NCBI GenBank assembly: GCA_030425505.1
Contig: JAUIAB010000003.1
Coordinates: 1 to 64,000 of the forward strand
DNA length: 64,000 bases
Source of the DNA: Bacteroidia bacterium
GTDB taxonomy: Bacteria; Bacteroidota; Bacteroidia; Cytophagales; Flammeovirgaceae
Reading direction: 5' to 3'
How positions within the stretch are numbered: the first letter of the stretch is position 1; each line of letters begins with the position of its first letter. A model generated the notes under the pieces. It did no database searches. It was given only the letters and a program-made list of their open reading frames with translations, and was not told the origin of the DNA. A program made the position numbers and the translations under genes. Below, piece after piece: positions 1 through 9,915 of this stretch.

Positions 1-131
1 TTTACACAGTTCTTTCTCTATAGGTTTCCAGTCTATGATTAGTTCTATTTGTTGCAAGAAGTCATTTTTCTTTATGCGTGAAAGAACATAGTTACCAGCA
101 AAGCTCATCGGTGTAGGGGTTTTAATAAACA
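1..131 (-). mobile_element. Partial transposase gene, N-terminal part of an IS5/IS1182-like (InsH N-terminal domain-like) transposase. The ORF continues upstream beyond the left window edge.
   Basis: Reverse-strand translation from an ATG at ~131 gives MFIKTPTPMSFAGNYVLSRIKKNDFLQQIELIIDWKPIEKELCK..., open to the window edge. The pattern (S-F-A-x-x-x-L-x-R...L..I...IDW) is typical of the N-terminal domain of IS5/IS4-family DDE transposases. Confidence 0.5.
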
Positions 132-309
132 TAATCACCTCTGATTTACCATATAAACAATTGACAATCAAATAAATAAGCCCCTAAATCAACCCTTTTT
201 GCCGTGCAAAGGTCTCTACTATTACATAAACTTGTAATTGGAATCTATAGAAGGGAAAAGGGGCGATTTTATTTTTAAGCTAAAACTAAATAACTCTTTC
301 TAAGTGAGA

Positions 310-672
310 TTAAAACGCTTTCAAAATGCCCTTTAATTCTTCTATTGCTGCAAAACAGGTTGAAGAAATAATATTCACTTTTTTTCCTATCTCATTAAGA
401 TTAACTAAGTCTTTAGCATTTTGCTCTACCTCTAAAACTTCTTTCTGGATGGATTTAATTCCCATAAAACTTATGGAAGTTTTTAAGGTATGTGCAATTT
501 TATAGACTTCATCCCAATTTTCATCATGAACGTTTTTTTTCAAAGAATTTAGTTCCCTTGGTGTATTATCAATAAAAAGACAAATCATCTCCTTAATAAA
601 ATCTTGATCATTTCCACTGAAATCTTTAAGGTAAGTAAAGTCTGTTAGCATCCTTTTTGCAGAGGCATCCAT
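310..672 (-). CDS. Stand-alone Hpt (histidine phosphotransfer) domain protein
   Basis: 120 aa with the Hpt-like motif AHTLKTSISFMGI (AHxLKGxxxxxG-type phosphoacceptor histidine context). No receiver or kinase domain is fused. Confidence 0.55.
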   Translation of the reverse strand: MDASAKRMLTDFTYLKDFSGNDQDFIKEMICLFIDNTPRELNSLKKNVHDENWDEVYKIAHTLKTSISFMGIKSIQKEVLEVEQNAKDLVNLNEIGKKVNIISSTCFAAIEELKGILKAF

Positions 673-756
673 GTGTAAAAAAAATTATTCTTCCCTCTGT
701 TATTCGTAAACAAGCGTTAAAAGTTGAGAAAAAATACTGTTTTATTAAAGTAATTC

Positions 757-2211
757 TTACTTCAATCCTAAAATAACTTTATTTGCATAACTTTCAAGTA
801 CTTCGATAGTGGTCTTTACATCTTCCCATAAAGTTCTAGGGTTTATCAAACACATTCTCAGTACTTTTTTCTGAAACAGTATAGTTGTTACAAGCATGGC
901 ATTACCATTTTCGTTTATCATAGTAGATATTTGCTGGTTTAATTTATTTAATTCTTCTTCTGATAGGCTTAAGCCGTTGGGCTTGTATCTAAAGTTTATG
1001 ATTGCTAGTGTCGCAGGAGAAATAATTTCCCAATTAGCGTTTTCTTGGAGGTAGCTCTGTGTTTTTTCTGCAAGTTGCATGTTATATCTTACTGCTTCTC
1101 TGAAAGACTTCAAGCCAAATGTTTTTACTGACATGTAAAACTTTAATGCTCTAAACCTTCTGGTAAGCTGAACTCCATGATCATAAAAGTTAACTTCTTC
1201 CGAACTTCCTTGAATATCTTTTAAGTACTCTGGGTTCATCTTAAATGCTCCGTAGAGCCATTCATAATTCCTTACTAAAACACACCCGATCTCATAAGGC
1301 TGGTAAAACCATTTGTGCGGATCAACAGTAATTGAATCTGCCAATTCTATTCCAGAAAGTATACTTTGCCCTTTTTCTGAAAGAATTGCAGCTCCTCCAT
1401 ATGCTGCATCTACATGCATCCACATTTTTTCCTGACGGCAAAGTATTGCTATTTTAGATAAAGGATCTACAACACCTGCATTTGTTGTACCCGCATTGGC
1501 AATTACACAAAAGGGCTTTTTCCCATTTTCCTTATCTTTTTTTATTTCTTCCTGTAATAAAGAAAGAGGAATTTGAAGGTTAGTATTAGAGGAAAGTCTT
1601 TTAATATTTTTCTTTTTAAACCCAAGAACAATCAAAGCTCTATCTACGGAAGAGTGTGTCTGGTCTGAATAGTACACTACAGCATTTTCAATTTCATTAT
1701 TTAAGATTGCTTTTCTTGCAACAGCCAATGCAGTAAGATTTGCCATAGATCCTCCGCTTAAAAAAAGTCCACCTCCCTCTCGTACAGGTAACCCAAAAAG
1801 CTTTAGTAACCAGTTAATTGTCAATATCTCAATTTCTGCAGCACCAGGGGAAGATACCCATGCTCCAGAAAAAACATTAAACCCTGTAGCTAGCGTATCT
1901 GCAATAACACTTATAAAGTTGCTAGGGCTAGGAACAAAAGAGAAAAATCTAGGGTGATTAAGCGAAGCACAGTTTTTTAATACATTTTTCTCCACATGCT
2001 CCATGACACTTAAGGGATCTTCTCCTATTTCAGGCATAGGCTCATTAAGAAGCCAGTCCATAGAAGCCCTATCTGCCTTTGCAACTGGAGTCTCTTTGGG
2101 AAGTTCTTCATAGTGCGATACCAAAAGATCTATCGCTTTATAGCCGATTTCTCGCATCTGCTCTGAAGAAAGCTCTAGTTTATAATTTACTTCTTTATTA
2201 TTCTTCTCCAT
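757..2211 (-). CDS. Pyridoxal-phosphate-dependent group II amino-acid decarboxylase (aromatic-L-amino-acid / diaminobutyrate / glutamate decarboxylase family)
   Basis: 484 aa with SGGSMANL and VDPHKWFYQPYEIG (PLP-lysine in the D-x-H-K-W context), which is typical of group II decarboxylases. Confidence 0.85.
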   Translation of the reverse strand: MEKNNKEVNYKLELSSEQMREIGYKAIDLLVSHYEELPKETPVAKADRASMDWLLNEPMPEIGEDPLSVMEHVEKNVLKNCASLNHPRFFSFVPSPSNFISVIADTLATGFNVFSGAWVSSPGAAEIEILTINWLLKLFGLPVREGGGLFLSGGSMANLTALAVARKAILNNEIENAVVYYSDQTHSSVDRALIVLGFKKKNIKRLSSNTNLQIPLSLLQEEIKKDKENGKKPFCVIANAGTTNAGVVDPLSKIAILCRQEKMWMHVDAAYGGAAILSEKGQSILSGIELADSITVDPHKWFYQPYEIGCVLVRNYEWLYGAFKMNPEYLKDIQGSSEEVNFYDHGVQLTRRFRALKFYMSVKTFGLKSFREAVRYNMQLAEKTQSYLQENANWEIISPATLAIINFRYKPNGLSLSEEELNKLNQQISTMINENGNAMLVTTILFQKKVLRMCLINPRTLWEDVKTTIEVLESYANKVILGLK

Positions 2212-2377
2212 ACTGATTTTTAATTGCTATTTTGAAAACACAAAAGTAATTGGTGTCTTTGCAATAATATGAATGATTCAATCTTAAGTTCTTAAACTAC
2301 AATGAGAAGAAAAGAGATCTACTAATAAAAGAAGCATAAAGAAAGAACCATAACTATTTAATTATCAATATTTTATT

Positions 2378-3121
2378 TTGAAAAAAATAAAATTTATTTT
2401 ATATCGACTTTTAGGCTCTCAAAGGTATTTGAGACTGGTTAGTAGCTTTTTTTTTCTATTCTACTCACTAGGACTTCTAAAAAGGAATCCTATTTACTAT
2501 ATCCACTATTTTGTTAAAAAACTCATAAAAAAAGGAGATTACATCATTGATATTGGTGCAAATCTGGGTTATTACTCTAAAATTTTCTCTGATTTAGTTG
2601 GAAGGAAAGGGAAAGTTTATGCAGTAGAACCTCTTCCTATTTATCAAAAAGTTTTAAAAAGAAACACCGCTAAGAAAAGTAACATTCAACTTATTCCTTA
2701 TGCCTTAGGAAAAGAAAATGGGAAGGTACAAATGGGTGTTCCAGGTAATGATGTCTATCAACATGGTCGAAATCAGGTGTTGACAGAAAACAAAAAAATC
2801 ACTTCTTCGACTGAAGTGGAAATCAAAAAAGCTTCTACCTTATTTTCAGATCTTGAAAGACTTGACTACATAAAATGTGATGTGGAAGGATTTGAAATGA
2901 ATATTATTCCTGAGCTCGAAGAATTGCTACTTAAGTTTAAACCCATTCTTCAAATTGAAATAGACTCAAAAAATAAACCTGATCTATGTTCTTTTCTAGA
3001 AAACTTAGGGTATAGTTTTTTTTCAGTAGAAAAAAGTAACTTAATACCTGAGTCAATGGATACCCTTTCCAAAACTAAAGGAGATTTGATCTTTATTCAT
3101 GAACTAAACAGACTTCAGTAA
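2378..3121 (+). CDS. FkbM-family SAM-dependent methyltransferase
   Basis: 247 aa with IIDIGANLGYYS (FkbM-type SAM motif) and an N-terminal hydrophobic segment. Confidence 0.65.
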   Translation: MKKIKFILYRLLGSQRYLRLVSSFFFLFYSLGLLKRNPIYYIHYFVKKLIKKGDYIIDIGANLGYYSKIFSDLVGRKGKVYAVEPLPIYQKVLKRNTAKKSNIQLIPYALGKENGKVQMGVPGNDVYQHGRNQVLTENKKITSSTEVEIKKASTLFSDLERLDYIKCDVEGFEMNIIPELEELLLKFKPILQIEIDSKNKPDLCSFLENLGYSFFSVEKSNLIPESMDTLSKTKGDLIFIHELNRLQ

Positions 3122-3236
3122 TCAGTTTAGTTGATTTCTAATGACTGTACCTTACAAGTAACGCGTTAAAAATGTACTCTATCAATAAATGGCAACAAGA
3201 GAAGTACTACCCTGTTTAGTTAAGAGACTCGAAAAT

Positions 3237-4202
3237 TTACAAGTCTAAAATAGTATTAGCAGGAAACAAAATTTCATAGCTATTATTTGACTTAACCGTT
3301 AGGGAGTTCTCTCTAAGCCAAGGGTTATAGTATTTTAGGGTGCGGTAAGAAACATCATTCTCTTTGGCAAATTCAGCAAGGTCTTTAATAGATTCTGTTA
3401 CTTTTATCTTTTTTGTCTGTAAAGGTTGGTATACGTTTTCTTTAGAAATGCTAAAGTTAAACTCGGAAGGGTTTTTTAGTATTTCTTTAAATGCCAGAAT
3501 TCTAAAAACATATCTGGAAGTTTCTCTATTTAAGGACAGGTCATAGTATGTTTTTCCATTTTGTCTTTCAAGTACTCTGGATAACCCTCTCATGCCCATA
3601 TTATATGACGCTGCAACTAACGTCCAGTTATTAAACTTTGAATAGGCTTTTTTTAGGTACTTGCAAGCTGCTCTGGTAGATTTTATTGGGTTATATCGCT
3701 CATCTACTTCACTATTGACTATTAAACCATACTCTTTTGCTGTTCCTTTCATTAGCTGCCAAAAACCAGTAGCCCCTCTGGGAGAAACTGCATTAGAAAT
3801 ATTACTTTCAATTACCATTAAGTATTTAAAATCATCGGGTATTTTTTCTTCTTTGAGTATTTTTTCAATAACAGGAAACCAACGGTGCATTTTTTTGATA
3901 ATTAGGATTGTACTAGAGTGCCAAAAAGCATTTTTTAAAAGTTCTTCATCTAGCCTCTCTATTACATCAGGATTAGTCAGATCTACTGACTCTCCACAGA
4001 AGTTTAAGGAATCAGGGATAGAAATATCTATCGGGTAGGTATCACAGCTGATCAGAACAGGAGTATTTTCTTTCTCCTTATTTTTATCAAGTGTAGTATT
4101 CCCCTGCTTTTCAGATAGAAAGTCTTTTTTTTTGTTGTAAAAGAAGATTATCCCAATTATTAATACTACTCCCATTAAGGCTATTTCCCAATAATTCTTC
4201 AT
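3237..4202 (-). CDS. Lytic murein transglycosylase (SLT domain, MltD-like) with N-terminal membrane anchor
   Basis: 321 aa with SLT catalytic motif VIESNISNAVSPRGATGFWQLM (E-S-x-x-x-x-x-S-x-x-G-A-x-G-x-x-Q) and an N-terminal TM helix. Confidence 0.8.
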   Translation of the reverse strand: MKNYWEIALMGVVLIIGIIFFYNKKKDFLSEKQGNTTLDKNKEKENTPVLISCDTYPIDISIPDSLNFCGESVDLTNPDVIERLDEELLKNAFWHSSTILIIKKMHRWFPVIEKILKEEKIPDDFKYLMVIESNISNAVSPRGATGFWQLMKGTAKEYGLIVNSEVDERYNPIKSTRAACKYLKKAYSKFNNWTLVAASYNMGMRGLSRVLERQNGKTYYDLSLNRETSRYVFRILAFKEILKNPSEFNFSISKENVYQPLQTKKIKVTESIKDLAEFAKENDVSYRTLKYYNPWLRENSLTVKSNNSYEILFPANTILDL

Positions 4203-4353
4203 CTCTTAGTTTTTTTGATAGAGTGCATTAACCTTACAAACAATGTGCTTTATTACTCTTATATCTAATACAATTATTTCATAGATTCCATGTAAGACAA
4301 TATCTTTACTCTTATCAAAGTTAATTTAGTAAAGGAGCAATAAAAAATACCAC

Positions 4354-4983
4354 ATGCGCAAATACTTACCTCTCCTATTTTTAGTGGGAGTTTTGGTTTT
4401 CCCCAAAAAAGGAATTGCTGACTCTCCTCTCACCTCTATTACCCTTTCTTTTGCTTACACGGATGAGCCTATAATGAAAGACGCTGCTAAAGCAGATAGT
4501 GTTCTTAATAAGAAGCTAATAAAATATCTTTTAGATGAAAATAACCCTATCGATCTGAAAATGGCAGTCATCAATAGGCTTGGGTGGGATTTTTATGGAA
4601 AAGATAATGCAGTCATCTTTTTTGATTATCTCAAAAAAAAGAAAAAGTATGAAAGTGAAGATGATTTCAGAATATATGCCAGTGGAGATGAGCTTCTTTG
4701 TATGGCTTACCTTAAAGCTATGGATAATTATTTTAGGGTAGATGATGCAATAGAGTGCGCTGACTTAGCTTTAGAGAAGAATAAAAAAAGTTATACCTAT
4801 AATATTATTAATGCTATCATAAAAGCTCAAAAAATTATGCAAAAAAGCTTTTGCGATACTTACAAAGCAGCCAACCAAGTACGTGAAGACGAATCGCTAA
4901 AACAAGATATGAAAAATGAAGCAAAAGTGCTGATTTTTGAATATATGGATCTCTATAAAGACTATTGTAGAGGAAAATATTAG
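4354..4983 (+). CDS. Hypothetical secreted protein
   Basis: 209-aa ORF with an N-terminal signal-like segment (MRKYLPLLFLVGVLVFP). I recognise no family. Confidence 0.4.
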   Translation: MRKYLPLLFLVGVLVFPKKGIADSPLTSITLSFAYTDEPIMKDAAKADSVLNKKLIKYLLDENNPIDLKMAVINRLGWDFYGKDNAVIFFDYLKKKKKYESEDDFRIYASGDELLCMAYLKAMDNYFRVDDAIECADLALEKNKKSYTYNIINAIIKAQKIMQKSFCDTYKAANQVREDESLKQDMKNEAKVLIFEYMDLYKDYCRGKY

Positions 4984-5003
4984 TTTTAGCAATCTTTTGG
5001 AGT

Positions 5004-5696
5004 GTGATTATTCGTACCATAATACCAGTTTTTAACGAAGAAAAATCGATTGGAAAGGTAATTAAAGCATTACCTTCAAGCTTGATAAAAGAAATAATTG
5101 TAGTAGATAATGGATCTACTGATCAAACTTCAACGATCGCTCAAAATGCTGGTGCTACTGTCTTATATCAGCCTCAGAAAGGCTATGGTGCTGCTTGTTT
5201 AAAAGGGATTCAATATGTCAATGAAAATAAGCTAGAAACGGATATTGTCGTATTTATAGATGGGGACTTTTCCGACTTTCCCGAAGAGTTACCTAAAGTA
5301 ATTGAGCCAATTATTAAACAAAACTTTGACTTGGTAATTGGATCCAGGGTTCTTGGAAATAGTGAAAGAGGTTCGCTTACTCCTCAGCAACGATTTGGCA
5401 ACTGGCTAGCCACCAAGCTTTTATACCTATTTTTTGAAGCTCAGTTCACTGATCTAGGTCCTTTCCGAGCAATTAAGTACGAAAAGCTCAAGTTACTGAA
5501 TATGCAAGACACCAATTTTGGGTGGACAGTAGAGATGCAAATTAAAGCAGCAGGAGATAAACTTACGTTTACTGAAGTTCCTGTAAGCTATAGGAAAAGA
5601 ATTGGAAAGTCTAAGATCTCAGGAACGGTAAAAGGAACTATCTTAGCTGGCAGAAAAATTCTCTGGCTTTTGTTCAAATATGCCTTATGGAAATAG
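5004..5696 (+). CDS. Glycosyltransferase family 2, small DPM1/GtrB-like (polyprenyl-phosphate sugar transferase type)
   Basis: 230 aa. IIPVFNEEKSI...VVDNGSTDQT...DGD is the GT2 N-terminal signature. It overlaps the next GT2 gene, suggesting translational coupling. Confidence 0.8.
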   Translation: MIIRTIIPVFNEEKSIGKVIKALPSSLIKEIIVVDNGSTDQTSTIAQNAGATVLYQPQKGYGAACLKGIQYVNENKLETDIVVFIDGDFSDFPEELPKVIEPIIKQNFDLVIGSRVLGNSERGSLTPQQRFGNWLATKLLYLFFEAQFTDLGPFRAIKYEKLKLLNMQDTNFGWTVEMQIKAAGDKLTFTEVPVSYRKRIGKSKISGTVKGTILAGRKILWLLFKYALWK

Positions 5697-7198
5697 TTAT
5701 TTCAATTGTCTATTTTGTAGGATTGCTTTTTATTTTCCTGTTCAGCTTATCGCAATTACACCTGACTTTATCCTATTTAAAAGCTAAACGAAAAAAGTGT
5801 AATAATGGTGTTGCTCATAAAAAGTTGGAAGAGTTTCCTTATGTTACTATTCAACTTCCAGTTTATAATGAGTTGTATGTGGTAGAAAGGTTGATAGATG
5901 CTGTCTCCAAAATAAATTACCCAAAAGAAAAATTAGAAATTCAGGTTTTGGACGACTCCACTGATGAGACGGTTCAAATTATAGAAAACAAACTCAATAA
6001 TATCGACAAAGCTATTAGTATTCAGCACATACGAAGACCAAAAAGAGTTGGCTTTAAAGCTGGAGCATTACAATATGGCTTAAAAAAAGCTAAGGGAGAA
6101 TTTATAACCATTTTTGATGCTGATTTTCTTCCCATTCCTGATTTTTTGTTAGAAACTCTTCCTTATTTTAAGCAATCCAGTATTGGAATGGTACAAACCA
6201 GATGGGGGCACATAAATCGAGATTATTCTTTGCTGACCAAGTTGCAAGCATTTGGCTTAGATGCTCACTTTACTATCGAACAGGTAGGGAGGAAATGTAA
6301 TGGCTCTTTTATCAATTTTAATGGGACAGCTGGAGTATGGAGAAAAGAGTGTATAGAAGATGCAGGAGGGTGGCAATCAGATACACTTACAGAAGACCTA
6401 GACTTGAGTTATAGAGCTCAGTTAAAAGGTTGGCAATTTGAATATTTAGAAGAGGTGGTCAGCCCTGCAGAGTTACCTATAGCGATGTCTGCCATCAAGT
6501 CTCAACAGTTTCGGTGGAATAAAGGGGCAGCAGAGTCAGCAAAGAAGCATCTGAGGAATGTATTGACTTCTTCTAAAGTTAGCTTCACTCAAAAGGTGCA
6601 TGCTTTTTTTCATTTGATGAATAGCTCTACTTTTTTCTTTTTACTAGTTGTCTCTTTGGCCAGCGTGCCAATGCTGTGGCTGAAGAATAAGTATGAAGAG
6701 TTCAATTTATTCTTTCATTTGGCATCTATATTTCTCCTCGGCTTCTTTTCTATTTGCTTTTTTTATTGGGTTTCAACCAAAAAAATATATCCTGAGAAGT
6801 ACAATAAACACTTCTTTTCTATTTTCCCCCTATTTCTTGCCGTTAGTATGGGGCTTTCTATCCATAATAGTTTAGCTGTTTTGGAAGGTTGGCTGGGTAT
6901 AAAAACCAATTTTATTCGAACCCCAAAGTTTAATATAGGCACAGAAAATAAGCTATGGAAAAAGAATGTTTATTTGAATAAAAGGTTTTCCTGGAGTCTT
7001 ATCTTAGAAACTCTGGCTTTTGTTTACTTCTGTTTTGGAGTATTCTATGGAATTTCTATCCAAGATTACGGTTTACTAGTATTTCACCTTTTATTGGCAA
7101 CTGGTTTTTTGATCGTTTCATGGGAAGAATTTAAAGTTATGCTTCCTGAAAAAACACCTCCAAAGACAAAAGGTTCGTTAGTTATTTCGAGTACTTGA
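5687..7198 (+). CDS. Processive family-2 glycosyltransferase (NodC/cellulose-synthase-like) with C-terminal multi-TM domain
   Basis: 503 aa with an N-terminal TM, D/DxD motifs (QVLDDSTDET, FDADF), the Q-x-x-R-W motif (QQFRWNKG) and at least 4 C-terminal TM helices. Confidence 0.8.
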   Translation: MEIVISIVYFVGLLFIFLFSLSQLHLTLSYLKAKRKKCNNGVAHKKLEEFPYVTIQLPVYNELYVVERLIDAVSKINYPKEKLEIQVLDDSTDETVQIIENKLNNIDKAISIQHIRRPKRVGFKAGALQYGLKKAKGEFITIFDADFLPIPDFLLETLPYFKQSSIGMVQTRWGHINRDYSLLTKLQAFGLDAHFTIEQVGRKCNGSFINFNGTAGVWRKECIEDAGGWQSDTLTEDLDLSYRAQLKGWQFEYLEEVVSPAELPIAMSAIKSQQFRWNKGAAESAKKHLRNVLTSSKVSFTQKVHAFFHLMNSSTFFFLLVVSLASVPMLWLKNKYEEFNLFFHLASIFLLGFFSICFFYWVSTKKIYPEKYNKHFFSIFPLFLAVSMGLSIHNSLAVLEGWLGIKTNFIRTPKFNIGTENKLWKKNVYLNKRFSWSLILETLAFVYFCFGVFYGISIQDYGLLVFHLLLATGFLIVSWEEFKVMLPEKTPPKTKGSLVISST

Positions 7199-8294
7199 AT
7201 CTTATTTTATAAATAAAAGGAGGCTTAACTAATCTTCCCTCCCACTCTCTTCTACCTGCATTTACAATTATTTTTTTTCCCTCTTCTATCTCCTCTTTTT
7301 TGATATAAGCCAAAGCAATTCCCTGATTTAGCATTGGCGAAAGTGATCCGGAGGTAACTATTCCTATTTCTTCTCTATTAGCGTTTAGTACTTTATAACC
7401 ATCTCTGGGGATTCCTCTTTCGTTTAAAATTAATCCATATAATTTTTTACTAACTCCCTCTTCTTTTTGCTTTATCAATGCTTCTTTTCCAATAAATTCT
7501 TTGGTGAATTTGGTAACCCAACCAAGACCTGCTTCCAACGGTGTTACATCTTCCCCTATGTCACTTCCATGAAGACAATACCCCATTTCTAATCGAAGTG
7601 TATTTCTTGAAGCCAAACCACAAGGTTTTATTTCATACCTTCTTCCTGCATCCATTATTGCATCCCAAAGGTCTTCTGCATCTCCATTTTTTATATATAG
7701 TTCGAAGCCACCAGAGCCTGTGTAGCCCGTAGCAGAAATAATTACATCTTCTTTACCAGCAAATGTCCCTTCCACAAAATGATAGAATGGAATGCTCTTT
7801 AAATCAATTTCTGTAAGGTTCTGTAATACCTCAATACTTTTAGAACCTTGTACTGCCAGCAAGGATATTCCGGAAGACAAATTGGTGATATTTACCCTTT
7901 CTGATTTTCTTTCATTTATCCACTTCCAGTCTTTTTCTATATTCCCAGCATTGACAACAAGCATGTACTTATTTTCCGCCAATTGATATACGATCAAATC
8001 ATCAATTATACCTCCTCGCTCATTAGTAAGGCAGGAATACTGAGCTTTCCCAGGTTTCAGCTTCGATGCATCATTAGTTGTAAGGGTCTGAACAAGATCT
8101 AGTGCATTTTCTCCTACCACAAGAAATTCTCCCATATGAGAAACATCGAAGATACCTACTCCTGAACGAACCGCTTTATGCTCTTCTATTTCTGAACTAT
8201 ATCGAAGTGGCATTTCAAAGCCTGCAAAGGAAGCCATTTTTGCTCCAAGCTCTACATGTTTTGAATGTAATTGAAGTTTTTTTAGTTCTGCCAT
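7182..8294 (-). CDS. gcvT: Glycine cleavage system T protein (aminomethyltransferase)
   Basis: 370 aa. The N-terminus LHSKHVELGAKMASFAGFEMPLRYSSEIEEHKAVRSGVGIFDVSHMGEF is canonical GcvT. Confidence 0.9.
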   Translation of the reverse strand: MAELKKLQLHSKHVELGAKMASFAGFEMPLRYSSEIEEHKAVRSGVGIFDVSHMGEFLVVGENALDLVQTLTTNDASKLKPGKAQYSCLTNERGGIIDDLIVYQLAENKYMLVVNAGNIEKDWKWINERKSERVNITNLSSGISLLAVQGSKSIEVLQNLTEIDLKSIPFYHFVEGTFAGKEDVIISATGYTGSGGFELYIKNGDAEDLWDAIMDAGRRYEIKPCGLASRNTLRLEMGYCLHGSDIGEDVTPLEAGLGWVTKFTKEFIGKEALIKQKEEGVSKKLYGLILNERGIPRDGYKVLNANREEIGIVTSGSLSPMLNQGIALAYIKKEEIEEGKKIIVNAGRREWEGRLVKPPFIYKIRFKYSK

Positions 8295-8299
8295 AGCTT

Positions 8300-8779
8300 T
8301 TATATTAGCTGCAAAGGACGGGTAAATTGTTCTTTTAATGAAATTAATGTTTCTGTACTTGTAATCCCTTCTATTTTTTGGATTTTGTCGTGCAAGACTT
8401 CTCTAAGATGGTTAGTATCCCTGCAAATAATTTTGGCAAAAAGACTATACTGACCTGTTGTATAATGTAGTGTCAATATTTCTGGTATTTTTTTCAATTC
8501 TGCTTCCACTACATCATTCATAGAGCTCTTTTCCAGATAAATCCCCAGAAAAGCTGTTATATCATATCCTAGGCTATCTAGATTTATACTAAGAGAAGAG
8601 CCTTTGATTACTCCTAGTTTTTCTAGTTTCTTAATTCTAACATGCACTGTTCCATTGGAAATGCATACTTTATCAGCAATCTCAGCATAGGGTTTTTTGG
8701 CATCTTCCATCAGTTCTGCAAGAACTTTCAGGTCTATCTCATCAATCTGAGATTTTATAGTAGGGTTTAGTTTGTTCAT
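8300..8779 (-). CDS. Lrp/AsnC-family transcriptional regulator, immediately upstream of and co-oriented with gcvT
   Basis: 159 aa with an HTH (YAEIADKVCISNGTVHVRIKKLEKLG) followed by an RAM/AsnC_trans-like C-terminus. Confidence 0.8.
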   Translation of the reverse strand: MNKLNPTIKSQIDEIDLKVLAELMEDAKKPYAEIADKVCISNGTVHVRIKKLEKLGVIKGSSLSINLDSLGYDITAFLGIYLEKSSMNDVVEAELKKIPEILTLHYTTGQYSLFAKIICRDTNHLREVLHDKIQKIEGITSTETLISLKEQFTRPLQLI

Positions 8780-8861
8780 TTCTGAAACAGAATGTTAATT
8801 GCTCAAATTTAACAAAGAGCTTTTCATTTTTTTCTTTTTTTATACAAGGATATAAACGAAA

Positions 8862-8897
8862 AAGGAAGAGAACTTATTGGCTCTTCCTTGCATTTCA
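8862..8897 (-). terminator. Rho-independent terminator for the minus-strand gene ending at 9094
   Basis: GGAAGAG...CTCTTCC inverted repeat (8874-8880 / 8891-8897). On the minus strand it is followed by TTTTTCGTTTAT. Confidence 0.5.
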
Positions 8898-9093
8898 TTT
8901 AGTTTATTTTCTAAAGCCCTTATTTCTTAATTACTTTGGATCTAAACATTTTTCCCTTTCCAGTATGTATACTTAGCACATCACTCATACTGTTTAATTA
9001 GATACTGACTATTTTAAGCTGAATTTAGTCTTTCAATTGACAAATTTTAGCTAAATTCTGTCAATATTTAAAGCAACTTTGAGTTTAAACAAA

Positions 9094-9702
9094 TCAATTC
9101 CCCTCTCCCAAAGAATAGGAAGGAACTTTAGGTTTTAAGTATCGTTTAATAAATGAATCTTTAAAAGGAGGATAATATTCTAACTCACCATCACCTTCTC
9201 CTTCTATCACCTTTATAATTTTATTTCTATGATAGTATACTCTAGCTGAATAACCTAAGTTTTCATCTTTGTAGTAAAAGATTAAATTACCTTTTTCTTC
9301 TCCAGGTATACAATTACATTTTTTATATTCTTCGCCTTCACTATTATAATTATACATTACCCATTCAAAAAGACTTCTCCTTGCAGCATTTTCAGTTTTT
9401 TTCTTGACTTTTATTTTATTATCGTGATAATCTACAAAGAATGTTATTTGCTCATTATAGTTTCCCACTCCAGGAAAAGAAACATCATTGGTATTTACGT
9501 TCAATATATTTTGAATCTCACTTTTTCCACAATTAAAGCGGAAAAAATCTATTTTTTTGACTATTGAATTAATGCTATCCTTGGAGAGAGAAATAGTATT
9601 TTGATTATTACTTTCCTTTGATGCACTTTCACTTTCCAATGTGCTTTTTATAAATAGCAAACCTAGAAAAATAATAAGAAGAGAAGTATATATTTTATTC
9701 AT
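9094..9702 (-). CDS. Hypothetical secreted/lipoprotein-like protein
   Basis: 202 aa with a signal peptide (MNKIYTSLLIIFLGLLFIKS). Cys-containing. No recognisable family. Confidence 0.45.
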   Translation of the reverse strand: MNKIYTSLLIIFLGLLFIKSTLESESASKESNNQNTISLSKDSINSIVKKIDFFRFNCGKSEIQNILNVNTNDVSFPGVGNYNEQITFFVDYHDNKIKVKKKTENAARRSLFEWVMYNYNSEGEEYKKCNCIPGEEKGNLIFYYKDENLGYSARVYYHRNKIIKVIEGEGDGELEYYPPFKDSFIKRYLKPKVPSYSLGEGN

Positions 9703-9915
9703 TATGGATTTAAACTTATTCTCTAATACAAATATATTCTTTTGCCTGTTTGAAAAGGAATGTCATTTTAGCACTTTCCCCAAATTTATATTTATCTAAA
9801 ACGGCCATTTTAGCATTGATTCTCAAAAAAAATACCTTAAAAATGTCATTTTGGCTTATTTTCTCAATTGAAACAGTTTTTGAAGAGTAAATTTCAAAAA
9901 ACAAGATAACAAACT

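Noticed and set aside
3364-4038. Plus-strand ORFs (60 and 125 aa) nested antisense within the lytic transglycosylase gene. Many other 60-120 aa antisense ORFs in the track are similar (e.g. 6693-6875, 7541-7732, 14135-14320, 17508-17702, 36794-37330, 51777-52259, 52344-52703).
   Set aside because: They are fully embedded in well-supported genes on the opposite strand and show low-complexity composition with no motifs. These are typical shadow ORFs.
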